From Marsupella aquatica (taxonomy: Eukaryota; Plantae; Marchantiophyta), in NCBI GenBank assembly GCA_973895155.1, contig OZ316891.1, positions 11,530,771 through 11,594,770 on the forward strand: a stretch of DNA of 64,000 bases. The letters run 5' to 3'. Positions within the stretch are counted from its first letter, which is position 1. Each line of letters begins with the position of its first letter. Shown here one piece after another: positions 1 through 13,717 of this stretch. Position numbers and translations under genes: made by a program. Under the pieces are notes generated by a model. That model saw nothing but the letters and a program-made list of their open reading frames with translations. It ran no database searches and was not told where the DNA came from.

Positions 1-10
1 TCATGTGCAG

Positions 11-2549
11 GTGATCATCTGTGGGTCCTTTATGCCAATGACGAACTATACAGATCACACCTGGTGTTGTATGTTTGGTGAGACAGAGGTCCCTGTCGAG
101 ATACTTGGAGAAGGTGTACTCCGTTGTAAAGCTCCTCCTCATAATCCGGGCGAATTGCCGCTTTACATCACTCGCAATGATAGACAAGCGTGTAGCCAAG
201 TGCGTTCCTTCACGTATCGCTCACCCGAAAGTTCTTCTAAGGAGGTGATGCTATATGCTTCTGATGGTCAATCGGAAGGAGAAACCAAGGAGGAGTTACT
301 GCTGAAAATTAGGTTGTCACGCATACTTCTAGGGCATACAAATCCAGTAACTAATAGTAGGATAGGGAACAGGATAGAGACATTTGAACCAAGGGACAAT
401 GAGGAATGGGTATCCCTTGAAGAGATGGTCAGGTATTGTCCCCTAGTAGAGGTGAAAGAGCAGTTGCTTCAGACTATCTTGAACCACAAGTTGAAAGAAT
501 GGCTGCAGGCCAAATCGAAATTGGATGATGGACGAGGGCCTAGGGTTCTTGACGATGGTGGTCAGGGAGTTCCCCATTTCTTGGCTGCATTAGGATATGA
601 TTGGTCCGTTGCACCACTTTTTGTTGGTCAGGAGGATCCTGATAAGGGTATTCCAATCAATTTCCGGGACAATGCCGGGTGGACGGCGTTGCACTGGGCA
701 GCCAAATATGGAAGGTCAGTTAACAGTCATCGCAATAGTGACTTCATCTTATTCTTTTTCTCTTCCAAATCTTCAGCAGGATATTACCTTGCCTTTGTCC
801 AACTATCCTTATTTTAGAATATTTTCTGTGGCAGGGAGAAAACGGTGGTGGCCCTCCTCGATGCTGGTGCAACTCCCGTTCTGGGCTCGGATCCTACTCG
901 TGCATGCCCAAGAGGTCTAACAGCAGCTGACTTGGCATACGCTGGTGGCCATGGAGGAATAGCCGGGTTTTTGGCTGAGAAGTCGTTGACAGATCGATTG
1001 TCAGGCCTCACGTTGGGTGAGAGAGGGACACTTATAAATGATCTAGACAAGATGTCAGCTGATATGGAGGGTGAGAAGGCAGTCGCCCAACTCTCTAGAA
1101 GAACTAGCATTGTGCGCAGTGTCCAGGTAGCAGAGGATCAGGTGAGATTGCGGACATCATTGGAAGCAGTGAGGAGCTCAACACATGCCGCGGCACTAAT
1201 ACAGTCAGCTTTCCGGCAACATTCCTTCCGCAGAAAAGCACAATTTGATCCTCTCGGTGATCAGGGAGGCTTTGATGAGTATGGCCTGACACCTGCGGAA
1301 ATGCAGAATTTTGTGGCGGCTAGAAAGATTCAGCTGGCTTTCCGTGGTCATCATCAAAAGAATAAGATCAAGCAACATTTGGCTGCAATACGTATTCAGC
1401 AAAAGTTCCGGGGTTGGAAGGGACGAAAGGAGTTCATCAACATTCGACAGAGGATTATAAAACTCCAGGTTTCTGAATATTTCCTTCTCATCATCTTTGT
1501 TCAGTACTTTTCATGATAAGAAGCCCTGTATGCAGAGGAATGGCATCCAGGCATCTTATTTTCTCCGGCTCCAGAACGTATTCGAGGCGTTGCTGAATTA
1601 GAAAAGGAACGAATCACGATTGGTCACTGACTTTGCACATCTGAAAGAAGGTTATTTTGCGTATTTTTATTTTTAATCAGAGATAACCTAAAATCAAACA
1701 TGGAGTGGTAGGGAAGGAGGCTAAGTACGAAGTCCTAGGACTTCAAGCGACTTTTACGGTTGCCTTAGGACGTTAACTATCTAAGTCTTCGTTGAGCGGA
1801 GAATCTACCGGGCATATTTCATTTTCGGGGAATGCTCCATTTTCTCTCTCCTGGTCCAAACATTGTCTGTTCTTATCAGCGTTGACTGCTGCTTATGATA
1901 GCGTTATTCTCTCGCCCAGGATTTAGTTCTTTAGGAGCTTACCCCTACTGACATTAAAAACTGAAATCAAACTGCACGGAATGATTATGACTTTGGCGTT
2001 GTGAGAGTGCTGAGCTTTTTTTTTACTATTGATTTCAGGCACATGTCCGAGGAAGATTGGTCCGTAACCACTACAGGAAGATAATATGGTCAGTCAGCAT
2101 TGTGGAGAAGATAGTTCTTCGCTGGCTGAGGAAGCGGAAGGGTTTGAAGGGATTTAGGTCTGAAAAGATGGAACCAATTGTGGACAGTAACGAGGATTTA
2201 ATCAAAGAAGGCCGAGCGATGCAGAAAGAGGCGGTCCAAGAAGAAGTTGAGAAAGTGTGCTTGATGGCACGCCAAAAATCTGATAGGGAGCAGTACACCC
2301 GTATGAGGGAAGAGGAGAGGCGGAGTAGTGCGAACAAGGTATGTTATCTTAGTGTTATCCTGTTTTACCTCTTAAAGCTCTCCTTTCAGAAGTATTAGGT
2401 GTTTCATGTTCTCCTGCGTGACTCATCCATTTAGAAATTTCCGTGTAGCATGCAAAAGAAGAGGTCCATGTTATTCCTTTAGTCACAGCTGTGTGAGCAC
2501 TGCTTGTTCTGAACAGCGATCTGATTCGAATTCTGAATGTGCAGAGTGA
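11..2549 (+). CDS. CAMTA: Calmodulin-binding transcription activator (CAMTA), 3' portion; 5' end lies outside the window. Exons about 11-714, 835-1468, 2039-2338 and probably 2517-2549
   Basis: IPT/TIG domain (WCCMFGETEVPVEILGEGVLRCKAPPH), ankyrin repeats (GVPHFLAALGYDW; NFRDNAGWTALHWAAKYG/REKTVVALL), IQ motifs (IQSAFRQH, IQQKFRGWKGRKEF, LQ/AHVRG) and CaM-binding WSVSIVEKIVLRWLRKRKGLKGF. GT-AG junctions keep frame. The last short exon (RSDSNSECAE*) is tentative. Confidence 0.93.
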
Positions 2550-5500
2550 TTTGAATGATTTTTTGACGAGCTCCAGAGATTACATGGATGGTTCGTAAAG
2601 TCAAACAATGTCGTAGAAACTCAATGTACAGAGGAAGCGGCAGTCCGTTGTAAGGTTTTGTCCAATTCCCCCAAATCAATGTTGATTATGGAAGTAGTGA
2701 TTGAAAGTGGCACAGGTTGCCTAGGTCAAGCCTGTCCGTCTTTAAAAATGTAGATTCTGTAAGGATTCTTTGCCCTGTTTTGCTTCAGATAGTTAGTTAT
2801 CCATCTTCCCGTTGGCAAGTCTTGCCTGGAGCCGAGCTTGGGCTTGAACCCAAGCCTATAGCGGAAGCTTTGAAGTAGTTGCCTTAGAGTCACAAATATC
2901 CCTCTCGAAGATGAAGTTACCTCCGTAGGGCAGAAGTAAGTTAGTTAGTCTTGTAATTTACGTATCTGGAATGTGGGGTGCCGGCCTTGCAGCAGCCCAT
3001 GCTTTGCACCTGCGGTCCTTTCATACTGATTGTCATTTACCGCAAAGAATCTCAGCACCCTCCTTGATAGTATTTGATCATCTCCTTCACTGCTGGTGAT
3101 TATCATGTTCCAACTGGAGGGTACATTTGAATGCATTAAAAAGTATACTTGATAATCTTTGCATTGTTCATCACAATGATGTGATATCTTTTTCATGTTA
3201 ATGGCTTGAACTGCGAGACCCCTCTCTTGCATACGAAGCTGTTTTGGGTGCCTGGTGTGGATTGAAGCTTGTAGGTATGAAGCAGCTACGGTCAGAAACT
3301 CGATATCTGGAGCAGCAGATACTATAATTGCTAGTGAAAGAAAGGTTTGGTACGAACATGGTTTTTGGAGTACCCTATAAATGTTCGCTGAGTACCCTAA
3401 ATCATCCTAACTAAGTCGGTGGGCACCTAACATTGAGATCGATAATTCGGGTGGGCAAAGCGCAGAGAAAGGACATTTTGGCAAGAGAAACTTGTTATGA
3501 AAAGAGAGCATTCCTTGGCAGTAATTCTGCTTACTTCACAATTACATCTTCTGCTGTCTAAGAATATGTACAAATCGAAAAACTTGTTAAATGCTGGAGG
3601 TCTAGATTCCTGGAGGTCTAGATTAGCTTGTACTTCTGCATTTCTCCGTTTTACAATGGGAAGTCTAAGGCCTTGGAATGTAACAGGTGTTGGAAAAACG
3701 ACGAGGAAGTTGATTTCTTGTTTCTAACGAACAATAGCTCAACCACTTGGAACAATACGGACTATAGATTGCCATGGCAAGCCACTCGAAAGCAACTTTG
3801 CCATCGACATTTGCCAAAGTAATTAGTGTCACATGTTACTATCTACTCGGTGCTAGAGCGATGCTATGGAAGCGGCTGCGAAAATTAGGACCCAGAGGCG
3901 AGTTGCCCGGAACATGGGTCATAATCAAGATACTCGTGTTGTTGAAAGGATATATGCACAGGCCTTACAATGATCATGTATTCCCATCCACATTTTAGGA
4001 TGATTGTCAGAGCTAGAGACCAACATGCCTTTATTCTTTGTATTAGTACAGTAGTCATCGGAAAGTTCACTTGAGAATTTGGCCAAAATTTCCCACTAAA
4101 AGAACCACTGGTGACCTTTACGCACGTTCAATTATCCAACTTGCGTTTCAATGCATTCACGGCAGGAATGTTGGCTCTACCAGGAACAGCTACGGTATAT
4201 GCACCAGACAAGTTATACAGCAGCTGGCTACACAACGCTACACTGGGTACTACCCACCAGCACGGAAACCATGACAGTCATGACAGCCTGTTCCTAGTGT
4301 AAGTAGTCACTTCATTGCAAAACGCTGTCAAATGAGACTCTTCTAGTGTAGGTAGTCACTTCATCACAAAACTCCGTAAAACAAGACTGCTGTCTGTTAG
4401 TTCTCTAGTGCCATTTGCATTCGTGCCAAATATGAATAATTATTAAAACGAGCCTGAAGTCACATTCTTTGAATGTGGACATGAATGATGACTCATCCTT
4501 CTTTCCATCTTCAAATTTTGGTGAGGCCCTAGAGTCACCCTCTAGAGATTTCAGTCTAGAAGTCTAGGCCCTCACTCTAGCATATGCTCATTATTTATTA
4601 GTAACATATTGGAGCTCCCTAACAACTAGTTTAGAGAGGTTTCGGGGAACCTGGAAAGAATTTTGGGATGTCAATTTAGAAAATGTTCCAATAATTTTAT
4701 TTAAACATTGCTTTCTCACTGCAGAAATTGTTTGTTAAGTAAAATTGGATTAATATTTTGGAGTTCGAATAAAAAATAACCATTTTTTACTAACCTGTCC
4801 CCCACAATGGCTGAAATTGCAAACCTGTCCCCCATTCTATTTTAATTACTTCCTGTCCCCCCTTTTCGGATATTGGGTTTACTTAACCGCAGGGGCTAAC
4901 CCAATGTTGGCTCTCATTGGTAGTCTGCCACGTGGTGAGGCGCAATTGGTTGTGCTTAACCCCGGACCTCCCAACCCGACAACAACTCCCCTGCCTGGGC
5001 CGGCTTCCCCTCTCGAAACTCTCCCCTGCATAAACCATCGGGCCTGGGAGAGGGGGTAGTCGCAAGAGGTTTAGGCAGGGGGAGTTGCAAGAGGGGTTTA
5101 GGGTTACAGCCATGGGAGCGAGCATGGAAGATATAATAAAAGAATCCATCCATCCAAAACAATGTTGAGAACTAAAAACGGAAACACCCTTAACAAATAC
5201 ACCCATGCAATTCAAAGATTCCTTTGGAGCACACTTTCCCAAATATAGTACCTTTGGTAAACGGACAGAGGCAGGTAACTTTTGTTGGAAAGAGCGTTTT
5301 CCTTCCTTGTTGTTTTTAATTGGGAACGAGTCCAAGTTACTAAAATGGACCAAAAACCAGAATGAAATAAACTCAAAAGAAGTTGAGAGGTTACAAACAA
5401 AGAACCCCATAAATATAGTTCCCCTGTTACCTTGAGAATATCTTTAGTGGCAAAGTACTGTAAATTAAAACTAAGCATCTATTGCTACCCACTAGTACCC

Positions 5501-6059
5501 ACTTATAAGATCTAGTTTGGATCCTCTCAGGCTTAAGCACTGGAGTTACCACTCTCAACACAGTGTGAAAAGCTCATTGAGCAAGCAGGCAACACATCCA
5601 TCAAAAAGGGCAGGCAGTGAGGACAGATCTCATAGCAATTAGGTGGCACTCCATAGCTCCAATCGGCTCCTCCGCACCCACTTCAAGCAATCCCAAATGA
5701 CCTCCTAAGAAAGTGTGGATAGTCAGACCACAGAAGATTTGTGTATCCCTCATTGCACACATGGCACAAGCAATGTCGATTGAGGTTGAGCAGGAGGTTG
5801 AGGTGACATCCTCTATTGCCCCCACGGGAGTGCAGGGGCCTGCGGCATCACACAAATTCCAATTGAAGGTGACAGCGTCACCACTCAATGTGGAAAATTT
5901 CAAGAGAATCATCCAAAATGGATTTGGATCCCCTGCCTCCTCTACATAGTAACATGCCCCACAGAGCAAAGCGCCCCTAATTACATGAATTTCTGCCACA
6001 CTGCATACCCTGCTGCAAAATCACTCCCACTCAAGATGACCAAGTTAACACTTCTGTCC

Positions 6060-6340
6060 GCACGAAGAAGAGGATTGGCTAAGTCTGGACGTACAACATG
6101 CGGCGATTGATATCAAGGAGTCGACGTCTGCAAGCCTTCTTCATCTTGGAGGGGCTGCAATGCAATCCTAGTGTACTCGGTGTGCAGGAGTACACAAACT
6201 CCGTGCTGGTAGGGTCACTAAACTTCAGGAAGTCTTGGGATCCGTGCATTGGATTTGCGCTCTGACTGCTGATGGAGCTCACGCCATTATGAATGATAGG
6301 GTCGCTGCTAGTTTAGGTGGAATGGTGCTTGCCATCAAAT
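6060..6340 (+). pseudogene. Degraded LINE (non-LTR retrotransposon) APE endonuclease N-terminus
   Basis: Reading across a frameshift gives VWTYNMRRL...PSVLGVQE(H)KLR...DGAHA...GGMVLAIK, resembling APE motifs I-III (SxNVRG, LxLQE, GGVAI). Contains stops and a frameshift. Confidence 0.5.
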
Positions 6341-9300
6341 AAAGGCTGTATCAATTTGTATCTCTAAAGGGGTTCTGCCGTGTGGTCGAGCTGCTTGGTG
6401 TCGTCTTCTTGTGCATGACAAACTTGGAAAGGTGGGCTTCCTGGGAAGATATGCTCCCAATTCTACTAGTGAGTGAACAAATCTCTAGAGGGGCTCTTCA
6501 ACAGGCTGGATACCTCCTTCACTTGGATCCTAATGGGGGATTTCAACATGATCAAACAAATCTCTGATCATATATTACTTCTTCTAATATACTTCTTTCT
6601 TGTTTTTATTTTTATTTTTATAGTACTAACTTCTGTGTAATTGTCTCTCATTGCTTGTGTTTGTTGTGTTTGTTGTTGATTTTCCTTGACTCGAATGATG
6701 CTTCCTTTTATACCTTGACATCTATCGCGACCTACTTCTTGTGTACTCGTCTTCTCCAATGTGCTCCCCATCTCATATACTTCCCAATTACGTCTTCACT
6801 TAGATCTGAGACTGAGCGATTTTCTTTGATTCTGTATCGAACTCCTTACATTGTTCGGATTAATTAGTCAATCTTTTATTCTTTAATCTGCTTTCGTTCT
6901 GTTTGTCTTCTGAATTCTTTTGTTTTAGTTCGTTGAGTTATCCTTTCTCTGAGCTGGTTGACATGGTTGTTTTATAATACAGATGCAGGATGCTACTCTC
7001 ACACACTGAAGTTTGTGTGGATTTGTGCTGTACAAAGGAGTCTGAACTTTCATTTTTCTTACCCTGAGAATGGAGCTTTCTTTGTTACTTATCTTAATCA
7101 ACAATGAGTTCCTTGCTTGACGTTGGTTCTCTGCGTTTCCATCCCTTCTTTTGCTGCTGGTCCATTCCCTCTTGGTGCAACAATACCAAAAGAGCCTGTG
7201 CACTCCCTCACCCTTGCCCTCTGATTCTTTGTGCGCTTTGCTGCCTTCGAGTTTTGCCATCGCTCCCCTGTAGCTCGCTTTGGTGTCGCTTCTCCATCGG
7301 CTGATGGTACCCTCTTGGTACCCTCTTGCTCACTTCTCCATAGCTTCACCGCCAGCCTCGCACCGCCATCGCTCCGCTCTCCCATAAAACATTCGCCACC
7401 GGTTCATTATTTAGTCTATATTAATGTATGCATTGCATGCGATTGTGCTGAAAGTGACCCTCTAAAACACCAATCTATCTTTCACTGGCCAGAAAAGTGG
7501 GATTTTCTTCATGGCATTTTGAATCATTTTCCACTCTTCTGGGCCGTACCATGTGGAAGTTGTTTTTCAGAGCAAGCATGGTCAGCAAGTTTTGAATGAA
7601 TAGGGGCATGACTGATAACAACTCAACCCTACATGAAACCCGACATTATCTTATAGACCTCATATCATATAACGGGGTGGTTGATTGTGGCCCCCCCTCA
7701 ATGATTGGGGGATTTCTTGTGGTGTGCTTTGTTTCTGGCAGGCTCGTGGGCGCTGTGGCTGCCTTGTGCGCTTGGTTATGTTCTGTGTGCTTCCCCTCTT
7801 CCATAGGGCTTTTTCCGATCAAATTTATACCCTTCCAAGGAAACTTCATATTATATATGTAAAGACAAGAATCCTATCCAACTTTGACACGTAGAGTAGA
7901 AATGACTTCCTCAGAGTGTAACTCATCATTTGGGGATGCGTTTAGGATTTTTAAATAGCACTCATCCCTACTATGATGAGCTACAAAATAAACGCCAGGT
8001 TTCTGAAAAATAGAGGCTAGCCTCTACAATAACTTATGATATGAGATTGCAAACGGTATGGATTTCATAGTCCATAATGTTGTTAGTCCCAACTCTTACC
8101 CCAGTACTTTAATAGTTCTTTAAATTGTGGGGGTCCTTTCGGCTCTTTGGTTCCTTTAATTCCTTTCCTTTCAAACCTCCAGATTTCATTTAAATATGAA
8201 ACCACAACCTATAATAAACCTCCAATAACGAAGCCCAAAAGGGAGAAAGGAGGCAGAGCGCCGGCCACATTAGCATTGGCTGACGCATAGGGACTGTACT
8301 TCAAATGCTGCTTCACTCGTTGGAGGAAGTCCTCCAGTACCAGACTTTATGGAGAACAATGACTCAGCGGATCTACAATTCTCAACTTATTAAATACTAA
8401 TTCCGCATTTGACGGCACAATTTGGCTCTGTTCCGATTGGACACACTTACAAATTAGATGGGGTCCATTAATCAAGATAGGCATGTCCATTGGATATCCT
8501 GTTGATGCCGCGCCATCCTGGAAGTGTACAAGGGAGTAATAGTTGAGATTCCCTCCAGATATTATATTTGAGAGACAGAAATTTATCAGCGCTGTCACCA
8601 GCAAACAATGGGAATGGGCATTTGAGAGGAATATTTTCAAAATAAAATCTCGTGCAAATCCTCTAAATGTTCAGTTTGCCTGTCGGACCAATGAGGGTTT
8701 ACAAGAATAACCTGAAAATACATTATCAGATGCAGTGACATGACATTCTGGACAGGTCTCAAAAGACCAGGAGGTCCACCCCTTGATTTGGGAGTTGGAG
8801 GGACCTCACAAATCTTTAGGTGGTCAGGTGGCTGAAAGCTAGAGAGAGTGTTCAAGCAAGACTGAAAGAGCATCTCCACTTACTGGGTACATTAAATACC
8901 CCGTCTAAGTACGTCCTATATATAGTTCTATATGTATCTTTAGGGGTTAACCAAAAAGCAACCCCAACCTTGACTGGGTAATTTTCCCTAAATAACAGAT
9001 ATCAACATCTGACAGCCTGTAGATTGAGATCTTGAAATCCAGCAACAATTCCAGTAATGAGTCAATTGTTACATCCCATATAGCATGCTCATCCTGGAAC
9101 ATGTTTTATTTTTTTGTCTTGTAGTGATCTGAAAGTAAATAAAATATGAGAGCATAGAAGTGCTGTTATATAAGTAAAGTGTCTGCCAAGAAAAGCAGAG
9201 TGACCAAGAAAAGGTACAGTCAAACTATGCTACGATGTGTGCACTTAACTCAGGGTGCCTTATGAATGACACTCCTTTCAATAAAAACCATAAACCTAGG

Positions 9301-12160
9301 AAAGAAAAACATGAGGAGAACTTAAGAGGCTATGCATTCATGTTCGCGAGCATCATTTCTCTCACTAGTGGTGGTGGAGCCTTTGGTTTCATCTCTAAGA
9401 AAACACATACTCTGAAAGGGGGCTGCCAAAATAAGTTCAAAACACTCTAGAATACCTAAAACTAAAGGGGTCTAAAAATGAATTAAAAATGTATAGAATA
9501 CAAAGGCTGCCCCTTGATAAGGCAGATTGAAATGAAAATACATGACACAAAAATCTGAATAAGACAAAATCTGAAATGTGCATTCACCACATAGCAGCTT
9601 CAAAATTCAGGGGCATATAGCATACTCATCCTGAGTCAATTGTTACATCCCATATATACATCCATTGTATCATTGTCTGCAAAGGCACAACAAGTACCCA
9701 GTTTGAGATGACCCTTATTTATCCATAATTTTGAAGCTTCTATAAATCCACCACAACTATCCAGTTTGAGATGACCCTTGTTTATCCAAATTGTGAAGCT
9801 TTCATAAATCCACCTTTGAGATTATGTCTTGATATCTTCTGTAATGTGTTTATTTATTTCAATGTGCTTTATTAAGGTGAATCATTTGTATTATTAGATT
9901 TTTAAGTAAATGTGGAACCCTTTTAAAAACTTGCTGTCCTAGAGGATTTTGAGTTTATTTTGGTGCACCCCTCTTAATTTTTTTAATCTTTTGTCTAGAG
10001 ATGTACTTTCCCACTAATTTAGATTTCAAATAGTGAGAAATGGGATCCCTTTCAAAAACATTCTACGAGTTGAAGTGAGAGAAATGATTCTTGACAACAT
10101 GCACATCTAATGTCTTCATTCCCCCTCATGATTTCTTTCCACTATGTAAGAGCCCAGGGAAATAACCCGCCCCAATTGGGGTGGGGTGGGGTTTGGAGGG
10201 CCCGTAATAGCTTTGGATTTTTGCAATCCAGCATGGCAGTCAAGGAGCCTAGCTCTAGGTTGTACTGTGCTAGCCCAAAGGTCTCGGATAACGAAACATT
10301 GTCTCATTCCAACGGCTCTGCCGACTCAGCCCCCAGCTTATGGTTTTGATTGAATTGACATTCATTACTTAAGGCAATTGTACCTTATCTGCACCATAAA
10401 ACTTGCACATTTCCTGGTCATTATGTGTTTTTCTTTCCATGTGCCTACTTCTATTCTTGTGTTTCATTCCACTCACTGTTAACAAATATTGTTTCTTTGC
10501 ATATACTATACTTCTAATATTGTATTGTATCCTAAAGAAATTAGATCACTTACACAACATTACAAGACAAAAAATGCAGCTCGTTCCAAGATGAACATGA
10601 ACATGCTATATGACCAAGGATTTGGTCGCACATGATTGAATGCAAAAGCATGTATAGTTGTGTAAATAACATGCTAGATCATGAAATTTTCTCCAAATAC
10701 CTCTTAGCTCGTCATGTGTCCACTTTGGTCATGTTTGGGGCTTTGAGCCTTTGCATTGCCAGAGCATATTTAATAACCATTTTTCCGCTTTTCCTCCTAT
10801 CGTCCAAAAAGACCAATTTGTCCTAGGGACCAATGAAATTGTCTTCCCATTGAAAAACAAAGCTTTTTCTGTTCCCTCCCCGTAATCCCCCTCCGCCCCC
10901 CCCCCCCCCCCAATCTCCCAGAAGGAAAGCAACCATTTCCTTTGCATGAGTCTATCAAGAACTATAATAAAGAGTTGCGCCCTTTTTTTAGAGTGGTAGT
11001 CATTTGAATTTGCAGTTTCTGTGTCAGAAAAAATCTAAAGAAACTTAGTATAGAAGAAACAAATTAACCAAACACTGCAAAAAGATAACCCTGCAAAACA
11101 AGTACAAACAATCTTTTCTATTCTTCCCTCTATACTTCCCTAAGTATGCCAATGGATTCCTCCTCTATCCTCCTATTGTCCTTGCAAGTACATACCCTGA
11201 CATAATGACAATCTCAATCCCTGATGTGTGTCAATACTTCTCTATACAATATTTACCCTTGCCCCAATGTACAATAGGTTCTGTCCAAAAGCCAATTTGG
11301 TTTAGTAGAAGGCATCATATTCTTTCTTATCATTTGACAAGAAGTTTGCATTTTTTTCACCTTTCCTAAGGCCAAACAGATATCAAATCATTTAGCTAAA
11401 TGATAACTTTATAAGTGCCAAACAATTTATAAATGCATTTTGTACTCAAACTAAAACAGATGGTACACTTATCAGTAAGCACATAATCCAATGAGATTGC
11501 ATTTACTGATAAGTGCACACCCTTTTTTAAGTAAAGGAAAATCTGGACTTTAATGGGCACCAAATTTAGGGCAAGTATTCACATTTTGTGGAATGAGTCA
11601 CACTGCTGCTCACCTGTGGAGATGCCATTTATTACTAAGTGAAATTTTTAGGGGGTGTGCACTTATCAAAGAATGGAAAAACAAATTAGTGCACATTGGA
11701 TAGTGGGAGTGCCATTTATCTAGAGTTAACTGTATTTGCATGTGCCATACAATGAACACACAATGAACTCAATTTGGGACTCGCCCCTCCACTTGGTACT
11801 TGCTCCAAGAAAACACATACACTAAAAAAAGTGGATATGTTTTTGAATGAAATGGCAACATATTGAGGGCAATAACTAAAGCTTCATTGTGTGCATTTTC
11901 TTCACATTTTAATATTCATGATGTTTTTTCCACTTTGTACATTGTAACTTCTTTTGCAATTATTTATTATTCACACAATAACATCTTCACTGCATATGAC
12001 ATCTTTCATGGACACCACATCTTCTGCACAACACTTTTTGAATTTGCAAACAATATTTTTTGCGCAATGATATCTTTTGTGCAACACACGTGGATTGAAC
12101 TATCAAAACCTAGAATAGAATGCTTCTGCAATTTTTGTAGAGGTTGTTAACAGTGATCTT

Positions 12161-12293
12161 TGTTATAATCCCCACGTCTAGTCACCGTTTACCCTGGTTA
12201 AGTCACCCTAACCAGGGGTGTACATGATACATACACCTATATATAAAACCTCCTGGACTAGAAGATCTGTTGGAGACTCATTACCTCACGACA
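12161..12293 (+). repeat. 5' LTR (133 bp)
   Basis: TGTTATAATC...CACGACA, contains TATATAAA, near-identical to 18715-18847. Confidence 0.96.
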
Positions 12294-12307
12294 CGTTATC
12301 AGCACGA
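12294..12307 (+). promoter_or_regulatory. Primer binding site, half-tRNA type (CGTTATCAGCACGA)
   Basis: Immediately follows the 5' LTR, lacks the TGG of 3'-CCA priming, and is complementary to the anticodon arm of plant tRNA-Ile(AAU/IAU) as I recall that sequence. Confidence 0.75.
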
Positions 12308-13717
12308 GACTCACCGAGGCTGAGCAAGGAGGCTAAGATTTTTTTTCGAGGACCCAACGGAGCGCAAGAAATTAAGAAAAGCAAGAATTGAGACTCATAA
12401 GGAAACAGATCGATAAGGCTTAAAGGAAAGGATAGGGGAGAAAAATGCCCGATGACGAATGAAGGAAACAGACCCGAAAAGTGATAAGAGGAGCGCGAGA
12501 GGTTGAGAAGCAGAGAACCAAGGGCAGAGAAACAAAAACAACATTCATAAGGATATGCCAAAAGATAACAACGGAGCACCGAGCGCAGAAAATTGAATTG
12601 CAATGGTGAATGGGATTGTATAAGATTAACGATCAGACTGAGCGGAGTGAATCGAGAAGAACCAATAGAAAACAAAAAGAGTAGGCAGGATTGAATGAGA
12701 ACGATTAGTAGCAAGGCGAATCCAGGAATCATGAGGAAATAAGAATTGAGAGACTAGGATCGAAGATCTGTAAGAGCCGAAAAAGGAAAAGACAGGCAGC
12801 ACCGAAATTTCAAAGAAATGCCACAGGGACATTGAGACTTGAACTCGTAAGGACAATATAGCAGAACAACGAAGAGGCAAAGAAACTTGAGAGGGGCTAT
12901 GGAGATTCCAAGAAATGGTTGGATTTAAAGGAAGACGAATTCAGGATAGCGTTGTGACACAGGCGAAGGAAGGCGCAGCCCTACCATTTGATCCTCTGAC
13001 CATCAAAAAGGCAGTCCCATGGAGCTTGTGTAGAAATAAGGCGAAGAAAGCGCTCAGGAAAGTCACAGCGAGAATCGGTACCTTGAGAATCTGGAAGAAA
13101 CTATCGACAAAGAGAAGCAAAGGAGCAACCGGGGTTGATTGGAGAACCTCAAGAAGACATTGCTTGAGAGAGGATATGAAATCGTGATCGAAGGAGCCCC
13201 GGAAGCAAGACGGCACCTCGACAAATCTCGCAACAAAATTGCAAAAACGTCGAGAAAACCTCGAGAACCGCTTCTAAGTGCAAAACCTCTTTAACTGCAA
13301 AATCCGTCAAAGAAATTTCAATTACAAAGGAAAAGTTGCACTTAACCAAATAAGCACACATAACTGCAAACCCTCCATAACTGCATCCCGTAACAAAGAA
13401 AATTAACTTTACAAAGCCGAAAGTGCAATTAACCAGGGTACGAGTAAAGAATCACCCATAACTGCACAGACTACAAAACTTCATTACTGCACAGTTTAAC
13501 AAAGGAAAGAGAAAATACAAAGGAAACTTTGCAGTTAACCAAATACCAAGGAAAACCTAAATCCTAAGTGCAAACCCTAAAATTGAATTTTGGATTTGCA
13601 TGCTCTCTCCAACCAGCCCCACCTTGCATGCCGCAGAAATGTGCTTTGTCATTTCCTACTATACCTACTAGTAAATAAGCCTAAAGTATCACTAAAAGGA
13701 ATCGAGCCATCACCCCA

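Noticed and set aside
4770-4960. MULE-like terminal sequence with repeated CCTGTCCCCC, related words at ~27020 and ~50250
   Set aside because: No matching partner TIR with a TSD could be defined in the window.
7098-7385. 95-aa ATG-initiated minus-strand ORF with a nearby GTAAG donor
   Set aside because: No recognisable domain or downstream exons; could be a gene fragment but is unsupported.
8280-8880. Possible LINE ORF2 C-terminal remnant, also 23897-24280 and 53775-54243 (CPFCDFNEDTL)
   Set aside because: Only isolated motif-like words among stops; too degraded to call without a profile search.
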